NCBI RefSeq assembly: GCF_036321535.1
Contig: NC_087437.1
Span: forward strand, 25,050,001 to 25,114,000
Source: Camelus dromedarius
Taxonomy: Eukaryota
Length of the DNA: 64,000 nucleotides
Direction: 5' to 3'
A program made the translations under genes and the position numbers. The notes beneath the pieces are model-generated. The model searched no databases. It saw only the letters and a program-made list of their open reading frames with translations, and was not told the DNA's origin. How positions within the stretch are numbered: position 1 is the stretch's first letter; the number at the start of each line of letters is the position of its first letter. Of the stretch, positions 1 to 13,161 are shown piece after piece.

Positions 1-974
1 TCACTTTATTTATTTGGTGTCTCATTTATAAACTGATGCTTGAAAATCTCTGCCTAATCAAAATCATGAGCATGGTAACTTTTATTTATTTATTTTTTAG
101 TTCCCTTGTGAAATTATGCACATGTAATTTTCTAAAAAGTTTCTCAGTCAGATGCTTTATTTTGTCATATTATCAAGTGATAATAATTTAATTCTAGCAT
201 TTCTTTTGTTTATATTTTAAAATCTCACATCCTAATAGAAAATTGTAATATAATAAAATTATTCTTTTAAAATTATAGTACAATGAGACTTTATTGGATA
301 GCTATACACATTAAATCTATTTTCAAAATCTGCAAGTATACATAATAGAATGTCATGTACAATTATATGTAAGTGCTTCTTCCACTAATGTAAATATTTA
401 GAATGCTAGATTGCTAAGAATGTAAAACTAAGCTATTAAGCGCAGTGTTGTTTGATAAAAAACATATTGATTTTTAAATTATTAATAAGGCTTTTGTGAA
501 ATGAAATAACTACTGGGAATGGGGGCCAAGTGTTTTCAAAAGAGGAAATGGTACTTGATTAGAAGTTTCTCCTGGTGGCCATAGTGCATCTTGATGGGTA
601 CATGTGATGTGAGTCGGGCCAGGCACAGAAGTCAGTGTAAGCGACGGCTCACAGAAGAATGGAAAGAAGCACACACCGTGATCGTCCATGTCACCTAGGA
701 GAGGAATCCATCCTACAGGCATGAGGGTAGCATTCAGGGACTTTACATGCTAAGGCAGCCCTAGAATTTTCAGTTTCTAAACATCATCTAAATGCTTATA
801 TTTGATTGTTGTGTTATATTTTATGTTCATTGAAGTTCTTTATCATGTCTTGCTAAGAGGACTATTTTTCTATTACTAAGTGCTGGTGCTGGTGCTTTCT
901 AGCAATATTCCATGAGACTAATTACATGGAAATTTTAGTGTTTCATTTCCCTGAGATAGTTATTATATTATTAC

Positions 975-1135
975 ACTTAAGTCATTTCTTCATCTTCACA
1001 ATTACCCCTTAAGGATTATTAGGTGTTATTATCCTCCTTATAAAGGCTTATGTTCGATGAGGTAAAGTTCCCTTAGACAATGTCGTAGCAGAACCATTTT
1101 CTAATCCCAGAATTTTTGACTAAAGTCTATCTTTT
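975..1135 (-). mobile_element. MIR SINE remnant
   Basis: 'catcttcacaattaccc...tattatcctcc...ctaatcccagaatttttgactaaag' resembles the reverse-complemented MIR core; heavily diverged. Confidence 0.45.
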
Positions 1136-1559
1136 TTGCAGTTTACCATTATGTAAAAAGAACTTTTCCCCCCCAAAGCTGATAATACTGTTAAGCAGCA
1201 TGCTTTTTTCTATACATAGATTGTGTAACCAGTCATCACTATAAAGTGAATCTACCTTCAAGTTTGTTGTTTTTGCCTTCAGAGGTGACTGTTTACTCCC
1301 TCTGTTTTACTTCTAATTTCTTGTTTATGAGGCATTTGCAGAATGGCTGAGTAGGCAGTTGAATGTGAGTGTAGTTGTATGTTTTATTGGAGAGCAAATC
1401 TGTAAGCTTAACCTTTGTAACACCTTGTTCTAATCTTAGTGGTGCTATTTTTGCACCCAGAATCATAACGTATATTTTTGACTATCATGGAATGGCTGAG
1501 TTTGGACAGCCCTTGAAAAAATGTATCTTTGGTTTGCTACATTTTTTCAGTATTTTCTA

Positions 1560-1940
1560 CTGTCCTTCATGTCTCTTTCTCTCTTTCTCCCAGTCTGTTT
1601 CATCCCATGTCACATTTTTCCACAGTCTGGCTGTCATTTTTTAAAATGTTACCTGATCATATTGTTTTACTTCAAATCCTGAAGAATGAAAGTATAACAT
1701 TTAAATATCAAGTGATATTAGTTGCCTTCCTTGGTGCCTCCTCAAACACATGTAAGTGGTTCTCTGTTCTACTAAACTATGCATTTCTTGAGCAGAAGAA
1801 TTTAAGCATATTTGCTTTGGTATAAATTGATATGTGTGTGTGTGCTCATATGTGCATGTGTAAGAAAAAGACTACTTTTATCCATCACTATGTTTACATT
1901 TATACTAACAGGTACCTGTAAATGTTTTTGAATACAAATC
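1560..1940 (+). mobile_element. Degraded L2 3' remnant
   Basis: 'tttaaaatgttacctgatcatattg...cttcaaatcc' and terminal 'gtacctgtaaatgtttttgaat' resemble the L2 3' region. Confidence 0.3.
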
Positions 1941-4364
1941 TAATTTATCTTGTCTGACTATCCATAAGACAAGTCCTAATTTGAAATAATTTAATAAGAA
2001 CTTTGAGAACACAGTTAAATGTATTACCCAAAGCAAATATTTCCTTGAGGCAGATAAATACCAGAATCAAATTTATAGAAAATATCAGAAGTCAAAGAAC
2101 CATAGATCTTTCCAGCCAGTTCCACATTAATTTAGGATTAAAAGTTTAAAAAGCAAATCTAGGTTTTATGCAGGAATCATTCTCATGCTGTTATATTCAG
2201 AGTTAGTTGCAACATCTAAATTAAAGATAATTAAAATTTTTAGTACAGCAATTTGTTAACGGCACTCATGAGGAAAGAATTATGCAAACTGACAAAAACC
2301 AATGTTTTCTTTTGTGATTTCAAAGTTACTCGCCAACAGGAGGTTTAAAAACAACATGCAAATGGGAAAACTGTACCAACTAACTACTATATTTAAGTGA
2401 AATCTATTTACCTTTTATCCAGTCTGAATAGATGCTTTTTAATTATTGCTAATTGTTTAAGATGCCTTTGCATCCCCCAGAAGATTTAGTCTGAATAAAT
2501 TTAATTCCTTTAAAATCTCCTTCAGTTACAGGCAAATACAGTAAGAAGCCCCATAGGTACGGCAATAAAATAGTCATAAAGGCAGAAGCGTTTAAATGAG
2601 TAGAGCAAGGAAGTCTTCCCCAAAAGAGACAGAAAAGCTATGCGGTTGGAGACGCAAGAACCCAACGTGAAACACAGAGTTGAAACGTTTAAGATGACTA
2701 TGAAAAAGGTCTACGTTCACTTGTTAAAGAAGGCGCCGGGGCAGACGAAAGCATATGAATAGTTCTTTCACAGGTCACGGAGTCCATTCAGCCTGTGACA
2801 TTGTTATTACTGGACAGAAATAGATGGGCCTAATTCATATTCTGAACATACCTGGGAGAACATTCTTAAGGAAATCATCCTCTGGTGGTTTGAAAATTTA
2901 AAACAAGAAAGGAAGAAAACTCAACAGTAAGCATTAACAATTGGATCTAGATAACAAAGTCAACTACTCTCAAAGTTTAGTGCTGGCTGCAAATAGGAGT
3001 CTTGTTTGTGCACATTTCTTGGAGTAAATGGTTGTGCCTTGGGAAGTAAAGTGGAACAGTAGTTTGACTTTATTAGGAATTATATTCTTGCCACTTCATC
3101 AAATAACAGGCAAAAGTCAGCTACAGAAAGTTCGTCACAGTCAACTGTGCAAATTCATATAGTAATGGATAACGTAGCAATTTATAAATTTGGTGTTTAT
3201 TAATGTAAAATGCTTAGAATGAAAATGAAGTATCAGAAAAAAACATTTAAAATTAAAATGAAAAAGTGGATATGTCATTGATTGGAGAAACAATTACCTG
3301 CAAATAATGTTTAAGATATTTTGAAAGTTTTCTAAATAAGTTATTAATTTTCAGTGATTAAGTCTAAATTTCTCATATTCAGCTCTGATCTAATGACCTA
3401 TGAACATTACACTTTTTTTATTTTAAATAGTTCATGTTTAGAGATCATTTATGCAAGATTAACTGTAAATTGTACTTTTAAAATGTTACTTTTGCAAATT
3501 GGTATCTAAAACCACAGTTTAGACACGTAATAAAAAATTGAGTACAGGACACATTTTATGAGCTATTTTAGTACATAAAGTTAACATATGCATATTTGTA
3601 TATAAAAAGCATATATACACATACATACAACACATACATATATACATATGTACACATATTAAGGAAAGAACAAAGGATAACACTACAAAATATTTCATAA
3701 AACAAGATAAAGGTACTTATTGAAGAATTTAGTAATTAAAGTACCTTATCCTATTCAAATACCTGCATTTAACAAAGTAATTCATTCTGAAATGGGAGTC
3801 AAGTGTTTAGTGCCCAAACCTAATACAGTGCATATAAAACAAAATCCCTGTTGACGGAGTCATTCATTTCCAAGACACAAAAAGCTGTACTTTCTTTGTC
3901 TTGCTACTTTAAGGCCCCTTGGTAGCATTTTTCCTTTTTATGGTGCTTTAGGTATGGACACTTCTCTGCTCAAAAATCACGAAAAAACTACAAGTAGCAA
4001 ATACCTAAACATGTAACAGATGTATAAGTGCTCCTCGGGATAAATAGATTATGGACAATTAACCATCATCATATCCCTGTCTTGGTTTCCGCTCGCTCCT
4101 GTAGTGTACACCTGTGGCTTATTAGGAATAGAACCAAAGCAGTAACACAGATTCCAGGTTCAAAGGTAACCTAGGAAAATCTGCTTCCTTGCTTCTCGAG
4201 TGTTCCTTGTGAAAAGAACAATAAGCAGTGTCAAAACAAAGCAGCAAATTCGTCTCATTCAAGAAACCACTTTCACAGAACCCCATCTTATATTTTTGTC
4301 TGCTTGTAAGTATATTTCAAACAGGATGATTAAAGGAGGATTTGAACCACTTTAAAAATTGTTA

Positions 4365-5295
4365 AATGCAATAGATGATCCTTGTTTGGATTATAATTCA
4401 AACAAACCACACCAACTGTAAAAAAAAAAATGAAAAAAATCAAAGACATTTGAACACTGATTGGATATTTGATAATATTAAAAAAAATCTTTTTTAGTTG
4501 TGAGAATCAAATTGTGGTCTGGATTGGCTTTTGTTTTTGTTTTTGTTTTGAAGTGCTTATGTATGAAATGATGTGTGGTCTGGCATGCCTTCAAAATAAT
4601 TGGAATGGTGAGTAGAAAGTGGGTGGATGTATTGTGGCAATTTAAAAATATGTTAAAATTTTTTTGATCTTCCTCGTTTTAAGATGTGGAGTTGATTCCT
4701 CTCTCCTTGAGTGTGGGCTGTGTGTGGTGACCTACTTCTAGCAAAGAGAATATGGCAGAAGTGAGTGTGTGATTTCCAGTCGCAAGAGTCATTGTGGCTT
4801 CCTCTTTGTCCTCTTTTGTATCTCCTGCTCAGTGAGGAAACAGGGGCCGTGTCAGGAAGACATTCCAGCAACTCTGGGTGGTGAGGAAATGAGTCTTTCT
4901 GCCAACGTCCCCAGAGACCCCCCTGCCTACCAATAACCTTATGAGAGAAGCCCCTCGGAAGAGGACCCTCCAGTCTTGTTCATACTGCCGATGACCACAG
5001 TCCAAGCCAGCATCCTGACTGTGACTTCATGACTGACTCTCAGAAACATCCAGCTAAGCTGTTCCTAAATTTCTGACCTACAGAGACTATGATAATAAAT
5101 GTCTATTGTTTTAAGCTTCTAGGTTGTTATAGGATTTTTTGTTTGTTTTTGCAGTGATAGAACTAACAGTATCTATGAAACCAGATTCTCTATCAGTTGA
5201 GTTTTTGATGCAGAATAATGAAAACATGAGGGGTTATTATAAATATTTTATCTACTTTCATGGATATTCAAATAACTCAGTAACTTTTTAAAACT
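4365..5295 (+). mobile_element. Old L1 (L1ME-like) 3'UTR, split by an MLT1 LTR
   Basis: 'ccttgtttggattataattcaaacaaacc...aactgtaaaa' upstream and 'catgaggggttattataaatattttatctacttt' downstream of the LTR are colinear L1ME 3'-end motifs. Confidence 0.6.
4633..5168 (+). mobile_element. MaLR solo LTR (MLT1F/G/H-like)
   Basis: TG...CA ends flanked by GTAT on both sides; 'gatgtggagttgattcctctctccttgagtgtgggc', 'agaatatggcagaagtg', 'aataaatgtctattgttttaagc'. Confidence 0.85.
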
Positions 5296-6439
5296 AATTT
5301 TCATTTTTCTTTGTTTTGTGAGGATGTAATTTCCATGGAACTACTGACATTTTAGCTAAAAAGTAGGAAATGAGAATTTTCTTTAAATAGTTCTTTTAAA
5401 CTTTTTTGCTCATTTCTTCCTGCAGTAATACTTAGGGACGTTTGGATTATACTCACCATCTTCCAGCAACTTTCCAAAAAATAAATCTTAATGAAAAAAA
5501 CCACTCTAATAGAAACAGGTAGGGCTATCAGACAGACAAAGCACTAAGAGGGGACTTGGAGAAGTGACTTAGGTGCCACCCCAGACCATAATCTTTCTCT
5601 CTCTCTCACAAATAAGCAAACTCTGTGAGCAAAACAGTGTGTTTTCCTGGCAAACACAGCTTCCAGATAAGACTCCTTAAGCTCTGAGTGTAGCAAAATA
5701 AGACTATAAATATGAAAGATATTATCTTTAAAGATTGCTGTGATATGATTACCTAAATATCTAAAATGAATATAATCAGTGAATAACTGATATCCTTGAA
5801 CTAAGTGCTAAATCAAACTGAAATATATTTCAACTTAAGGAAAATAAAGTGGTTTTTTTTCATAGAATGAATTCTAAAGAGATTAGTTTCTAAAGTTTTG
5901 AGTCTTTGACCTTCAAAAATGTAAGTTCTGCTAATCATGTTAAGTAGAACACATATGTATATGCTTTTTATTGTCAACTCTAATCATAAAGGAAAATGCA
6001 TATTAGACTCATATCATGACTGATACATTTTATTATGTTGATTTCTCACCTTCTCTTTGTGACTTATTAGTTTTTTTCTCTCGCATTCAGAGAGGATGAA
6101 GCAAAATCTGAGAGGTACATTGTCTTGTTAGTATTACTCAGTTAAAATGAATGGTTTCCTATTTCAGATTTGAGCTTGCCTGAGTCTAAATCCCCAAATC
6201 GCACGGAGTACCATGATGTGCCCAGCATGGTGTGCTCTGTTCCGTGTGGATGACAGCATAGCCTCTGCGCTCAGTACACATTTACATTTTAAGAAAACAA
6301 AACATTAAATGGAAACTACTAGGGCATGAAAATATGAGTGCTACACTTCCTGGGTCTGCTTTCATTGAAATGGAACTCTACAGGAATTAGGGATGTGTGG
6401 GGTCCGCAGCAGGTGAAGAAATATTCATTTAGGCAGGCA

Positions 6440-6810
6440 GAAGGCAGCAGGTGGATATTACTGGTCAACCTAGTCCCCCTTTCCAGCCACCTTTAGGTTG
6501 AAGGAACGTCGCATAAGAGTTCTGAACAATGACACTGAGGCAAAAGTCAGCCATACAATTCCTGGGAAGCCTGTTGTTTTCCTCATCCCCCTTTTCTGTT
6601 TTGCTTCTCCATTTTGGGATGCAAATGTGATGACTGGAGCAGCCAGGAGAACATCCAGTGATGCCACTGGGTCACTTCATGGAGCTGCTCAACTTGCGCC
6701 AGTAACTGCTCATCAGAGGCTTCCGGTTATGTAACAAAAACAAGCCCACGTTGGTTTCAGGCGCCACAGTTGAGTTATTTAATACTTAATTGCACAAACA
6801 TGCCTCACAG
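6440..6810 (+). mobile_element. Old MaLR LTR (MLT1J/K/L-like)
   Basis: 'gcaaatgtgatgactggagcagcc' and 'ttatgtaacaaaaacaagccc...gccacagttgag' are typical of old MLT1 LTRs. Confidence 0.5.
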
Positions 6811-7229
6811 AGATGGAACGGCATACACTATGACAGGTTAAGAGAAGAACCACTGAAAACGCATTCATCTTGGGCACAAAATGTTGTAAGCTTCCGTAAC
6901 TGACAGTATTTGAATATAACTTGGTCTGATTCCACATCTAATCTTTGACTAATAAACCCTGATGGGTTTCTGAGAGAATCAGGCTTATTGTTTTTTCAAG
7001 GTCTCCTGTTTCAATTCTCCATATAGTTGCATCTGAGATCATCCACTGAAAAATAGGATGGAATGGAGATTATGAGATTGCATGAAGTCCTGAATAATTT
7101 CTATTGAGAATGTTAATGGAACTGTCCGCCATGAAATGAAATAAAAGGCTTAGTGAGCAACTGTGGAGGTCAGTTGGAAGTCAGTGAAAAGCACCTGTTA
7201 CTTTGGAGAATTAAGTTCTGTGCTCAACT

Positions 7230-8010
7230 GTGGTGATTTGGTTTAAGTTAGTTTATGTGATTTTCTTATTTCTGGTAGATTTGAAAGGAATAGATGGCCG
7301 TATTAAAATTAGCTCTCTATAAGGTATGAAGCAACAACATGATCTAGGCCTTCCAGGTTAAGAGATGGATAATGTTAATACTTCTGACTGAAATGAATCT
7401 ATTTGAGGGAAGAGTTTGCCATGGAGGGAGGGAGATAATTTCACCGTTGGATATATATGTATTTGAGTACTCCTTATGTGGACGTGTGTAAGCTACAGAG
7501 AACAGGCACAGAGACAAAGGCAGTGGGTTATGGACGGAGTTCTACATTTAGAAGTAATCAGGGGAAAAAAGCAAAAAAGAAAGCTCAAAAGTGGCTGATT
7601 TAATAAAATTGATAAGCTAAAATTACAAGTATCAAGAACAAATGTGTAAGCTTCTGAAACAGGAAGGCAGCAGTGCAAAGGATGAATAACATGAATAGAG
7701 AGGAGCACTAGGCAGCTGAAGTGCCAAGAAAGGCAAGGGACACTTGACAGGGGGCTCGGGAGAGCACCACAGTCAAGCGTAGAGTTGGGATTCAGAAAAG
7801 AGCCTGGTGTTAGAAGGCTTTGCAAGAGAGCAGAGTCCTGATGGTGTTGTGGGTGGGTTCTGGGGGCAGGGAAACAAATGGAAAGAGAGAGAATAAATAG
7901 AGAATGTTTGCCCCATTAAGGAGCCAATTCCAAAAAGCACATATGAGGGGCTGACACGAAGATTCAGGAGGATGGAAGAGACTGATTCTCCTCATGGTGG
8001 CTGATGGAGG
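7230..8010 (-). mobile_element. L2 LINE remnant
   Basis: Purine-rich plus strand with antisense L2-type phrases ('gagggagggagataatttcaccgttggatat', 'agagtcctgatggtgttgtggg', 'aggagccaattcc'). Confidence 0.45.
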
Positions 8011-9334
8011 ATGCAGATCCTGGAAGCACAAACTCTCTTTGACTTAATAGTTGGAAACAATATCTTTAAAGTCCTTTGCTTGATTCACTATGATTATTGC
8101 TTTCAAACTTTCGAAAAACCTGTGTAAATATTTTTTGTTGTATGAAGACTGTAAGAAAATTGTTTCCCTTACTTTATAATAATTGACCTGAATTGCCAAG
8201 TACAATTAAGGCAGAGAAAGTTGCAAGTATTCAGCTCTTAATGATAAACTTTCTGCCTACTTTTAAAGATCAAACAAAAGTTTTTACAATATGTTTAGAC
8301 AGAAAAATGTCTTTTGTTCATAGGAAAACTTTAAGTGTATTTTTACACTTATGCTTTTGTATCCAATTTTATGAAATATAATTATTCTTTGCTATCTACA
8401 TTCTAATCATTATTGTATGGCATTGGAAAGCTGCAAAACCACGTCTTCTTATCATGGCTTCTCACAAAATTGCCTTTGTAGGATTATATACTTCGATTTT
8501 AAGATAATGCCACTACATTCATCTAGGATCCACGTAGAAAGTAGTCATGAACAAAATCTCTACATTAAATATAAAAATAAAGACAAGCAATAAAATGACT
8601 GAAAAAATAATCCCACGTTCTATGCTATTCATTATTTTTTATTTAATGTTTACACAATTAATTCTTCTTAAGAGGCTCATGCTAAGAAAACAAAGAAAAA
8701 AGTAAAAATCATTAAAACGGTGTAGGAGTTTCAGTTCTGATTTAAAAAAGGGAAACACAATCTCTTTTTGTCTAATGAGCACTCTATTAACCACGATGTT
8801 GCTTATTTCCCCTTGGTTCTCAGGAAGCCCAGTTGAAATTTTTTTGGAAAAGCCTCCAATAGATTAGCTTTTTTGGTATAATTATTTTTCTATTCTGTCT
8901 TTACTACTCAGCATTTCTATTCTTTCTTACACTTTATTGGTTTACCATTCTATTACATCTTCTTTAATGTCATCAGTTTTCTTTTATCCTTTTTGGAAGT
9001 GGGCCAAAGATAAATGATAAATAATAAATTATATTCTTTTCAAATCATACTAAAACTTAATAAATAAATGCATTTCAGGGAAAAGAGTAAGATAAGTTTT
9101 AAAGGATTTAACTACTTTTAAGTTAAAATTACAGATTTAAATTCCACTGCTATTTATATGAATTTAGTTGGATGTTGAAATCAGCTTTATTAATGGAACT
9201 TACATTATTAAAAATAATCTATAGACAAAGAAAGGACAGTAGACCAAACTATTAATTAGAAATGTTCTGAATTCTGTAAGGCATGAAATGAAAATATGCA
9301 TAATCAATTAAGCATAGCAAAAGTTTCCCCAATC

Positions 9335-9490
9335 TTGTAGACTGGTAATCCACATCTTACATTGAGTCTGCCATGGACAACTTACATGACCTTGACTAAT
9401 TCTTGACTTTTTGAAATTTCAGTTTTTTCATCTGTAAAATAAATAAATTTGACTTACCATTAAGGTTCCTTCCAACTCTAAAACTTCTTT
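9335..9490 (+). mobile_element. MIR3-like SINE
   Basis: 'tctgcca...atgaccttg...cagttttttcatctgtaaaat...aaggttccttccaactctaaaa' covers the MIR core and MIR3-type tail. Confidence 0.65.
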
Positions 9491-9756
9491 CCTGAAATGT
9501 TTTTTTTTAAACTTTATATTTTTGATGCACTACTTATTTTTGTTTTGTTTTATCACATTTTACTGGATATAATAATGGGTTAGGGGAAGCAACAAACTGC
9601 ACAGAAACCACACAGGATAAAAGAATATAGATATCTCTGGTGTTCCAGAAATTTTTTTTGAAAAGATATGCTTATTACGCTTTAGTAAACTTAATTTGGA
9701 AATGTTTAACTTCCAAGATTTTGTGAAATTGTAAACAACAATGAGCAGTAGTTAAA

Positions 9757-9966
9757 ACCAAAAAGGACACTATGAACTCATCTACAAAACAGAAACAGAC
9801 TAGTAGACATAGTAAACAATCTATAGTTAGTGGGAGGAAGGGTGTGGGAAGGGATAAATTTGGGAGTTTGAGATATACAAATGTTCTATTTTCTATAAAA
9901 ATAGAAATTTCTTAAAAAAATTTCTCTTGTATAGCATAGGGAACTATATTCAAAAAAAAAATAAAA
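9757..9966 (+). mobile_element. Lineage-specific L1 3'UTR fragment with A-rich tail
   Basis: 'atgaactcatctacaaaacagaaacagac...gggaagggataaatttgggagtttgag...gtatagcatagggaactatattcaa' followed by an A-run; cetartiodactyl/camelid-type L1 3'UTR. Confidence 0.8.
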
Positions 9967-10919
9967 GTCAGTTGCATTTTGCCCAAAAGATAGAGGCTGG
10001 GAATCTTTTAAGAGCACTTACAACTGGGTATCTTACAGTTACATTTGGTTTGCTGGATTCTCTGTATAATCTGTCATATACACATTTTCTTTCAGAATTT
10101 CAACACATTTACCCCAGTGGGAATCTGGAAAACAAAGTTCGATGGAAATAAAAATTACTTATTTTAAAATCATTCTTCACTTTTTCTCTGAATTTCTAAA
10201 AATACTTGATTCCACTTTGACCTGGGAGTGAGTTTACTAGATTACCCATCTCCACCTCAGATTAACAGCTGGAGGGCATTCAACAACCACGGACCTAAGG
10301 CAGAACTAACTAAAGCAGAGCTACAGTTGGAGGAAACCCAGGACTCTGCATCAGTAAAATTTCTATTTTACTTTACTAGCTGGCGTGGTGTCTTGTTTAT
10401 GTTCTTTTTCAAGTATTTGGGTGTGTTTGTCTTCTTTTGTGTTTTATAAGCTTTGTACTTATTTTGAATAGATTTATCTACCTCTGATAGAGGAGTAGAA
10501 TCTAGAATAGCAATGTTATTTTGGCTGATTTACTAAGGAATGCCAGCAGTCAAGTTTTTATAGTATCTCCTTGACACTATCAGACTGTAAGATCTTTCTT
10601 TAATAATAACGTACATTTAATTATAACATCTCAGCTTACTTAACATTTTATTTTTTTCCTATCTTCTAACCTACTGGCATGGTTGTTGAGAAACTTATGT
10701 GTGCTTCAATGGGAGAAGAAAGTCACCACTTACAAATGAACATAGGTGTTAGATCAGTTCTTGAAGTAATTGGCTCAGTTTCAATAGCTGTATAATTGAT
10801 AGTCTCCAGATGTTAAATTAATTTATGTAACAGCTATCCAAGAGCTCCTCCTGAGTCCTCTTTATTTTTCTGGGGAAAAGATATAAATGTCACCATCAGC
10901 ATTCCAAAGATGATTAATT

Positions 10920-12390
10920 TGGAGAATCAACAAAGTCAGAAGTTGATTCTTTGAAAAGATCGACAAAATTGGCAAACCTTTGTCTAGACTAAGAAAACAA
11001 GAGAGAAAATGCAAATAACCAAAATTGGAAGTGCAAATGTGGACTGCATTATCAATCTCACAGAAATTAAAAGGGTATGAAGAGAATAATGAACAATTAT
11101 ACAGCAACAAGTTTTTAAAATCTGGTTAAAATACAAATTTCTAGAACACACAAATTACCAAACTGACTCAAGATAAAATGGAAAATCTCAACAGTCATAA
11201 AAAAAAAGAGAGATTGATATAGTAATCAAAAAACCTCCCAATAAAAAATTCAAGACCAGATGACTTCACTGATAAATTTTATCAAACATTTAAAGACAAA
11301 TTAACACCAATCCTCTTCAAACTCTTCCAAAAAAAGAAGAGAAGGGGATACTTTCTAACACATTCTATGAAGTCTGCATTACCTTGATACCAAAGACAAA
11401 GAAACTACAAGAAAAGGAAGCTACAGAGGAATATCCCTTATAAACATTGATGCAAAAATTCTTAACAGAATACTTGCAAACCAAATCCAACAGCACACGA
11501 AAAGGATTATACACCATGACCAAGTTGGACTTACTGCAGGAATATAAGAATGGTTCAATATAAAAAAATAAATTAATGTACTATATTATACACTTAGAAC
11601 AAAAGATGAAAACCCCAAATGATCATCTCAATCTTTAACCAAGAAATGAAAGATTTATACACTGAATACTGTTAAAAATGCTGAAAGAAATTAAGGAAGA
11701 CCTAATTAAATAGAAAGCTACCATATGTTCATGTATTGAAATTGTTAAAATAGCAATACTTCTCAAAGAAATGTGCTGATTCAATGCAATCCCTACCAAA
11801 ATTCCAATTTCCTTTTCTGCAAAAGTGAAAAAAAAAAATCTACCCACAAAATCATTTTAAATTTCAAAGGGCTCTAAATTACTAAGAATAACATTGAAAA
11901 AAAAAAAGAGAGTGCTCACATTTTTTATTTCAAAACTTACTACAAAGCTGCAGTAGTCAAAGCAGTGTGGTACTGGAATAAGAACAGACATACTGATCAA
12001 TGGAATAGAATTGAGAGTCCAGGAATAAACCCAGTGTCAATGGCCAATTTATTTTGACAAAGATGTCAAGACCATTCTATTTGGAAAGTGTAATGTCCTC
12101 AAAGAATGATGCTAGAACACCTGGCTAACCACAGGCCAAAGAATGACACGGAACCTCTTTCACAATCCATATATAAAAATTGACTGAAAATAGATTATCA
12201 AAATATAAGAACTAAAACTATAAATTAGAACGAAACATTGGGGTATATCTTCATGATCTCAGATTTGACAATAGATCCTTAGATTTAATACCAAAAGTAT
12301 AAGCAACAAAAGAAAAAATAGACAAAGTAGACTTTATAAAAATTAAAAACTTTTAAGCATTAAACAACATAATTGGGAAAATGAAGAGAG
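10920..12390 (+). mobile_element. L1 ORF2 remnant (stops, frameshifts, internal deletion of RT core)
   Basis: Colinear ORF2 motifs 'ttctttgaaaagatcgacaaaattgg', 'ccagatgacttcactgataaattttatcaaacatttaaaga', 'aaacattgatgcaaaaatt', 'caaaacttactacaaagctgcagtagtcaaagcagtgtggtactgg', 'gatcaatggaatagaattgagag'. Confidence 0.92.
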
Positions 12391-12401
12391 AGGAAAGCAG
12401 A

Positions 12402-12789
12402 TATTGTGGGCTGAATTGTGTCCCCTTCCCCCAGATTCATATCCTGAAGTCCTAACCCCCAGTACCTCACAATGTAACTATGCTTGGAGATAGTCTTTAA
12501 AGAGGTCATTAAGTCAAACTGAGGTCATGGGGGGGGGGCTAATCCAATATGACCGGTGCCCTTATAAGAAGAGGCGATTAAGACAAAGACACACAGGGAG
12601 GGGAGACCATGTGAGAACACACAGAGAAAATGTCGATTGACAAACCAAGAGGGAGGCCTCAGAAGAAACGAATGCTGTTGACACCCTGATCTGGGACTTC
12701 TGGCCTCCAGGACTACGAGAAAATTAATTCCTGTTGTTTTAGCCGCCAGGTCTGTTGTACTGTCATGGCAACCCACGCAAATGAATACA
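12402..12789 (+). mobile_element. MaLR solo LTR (MLT1A/B-like, ~390 bp)
   Basis: 'gggctgaattgtgtcccc...gaagtcctaacccccagtacctca', 'ctaatccaatatgaccggtgcccttataagaagagg', 'gacttctggcctccagga', ends 'aatgaataca'. Confidence 0.9.
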
Positions 12790-13161
12790 GCAGGATCCCC
12801 ACGTGGGCCTGAGGACAGAATTTGATTGCGCCCATTAGGAGAAAAGGAGGCAGGTTGATCCAAGAGACTAAGAAGCTCAAGTGCTCCAAAAATTTTCAGT
12901 CCACGTCTCTACGTTTACCCAAGGGCTGAGCAGGAGAGTGGCCAACACTTTTCCCAGGGCAAAGTGAGATAAGACACCACCCTCCAAGGAGGGTAAATTT
13001 TAATGTCTGCTCACGCTGAGCCCGTGGCGAGCAGGAGATAAATGCAGCTGAAGGTACACATTGAGAGGGAAGTAAATTGTTCTGTATAAGGAAGGAATGA
13101 GAGGTCAGAAGACAAATTTTTATGTACAGACAGATGTCGGGGAGGCTTAGGCCAAAGAGAG

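Noticed and set aside
2946..2962. ctagataacaaagt resembling miR-9-3p
   Set aside because: Partial match only; no 5p arm or hairpin.
3706..3750. Imperfect inverted repeat gataaaggtactt / aagtaccttatc
   Set aside because: Short, AT-rich and contains an indel; compatible with chance.
6091..6114. 24-nt plus-strand microexon candidate (ttcag|AGAGG...GAG|gtacat); similar cases at ~49299 and ~49586
   Set aside because: Weak donors or frame-breaking length; such matches are common by chance in T-rich DNA.
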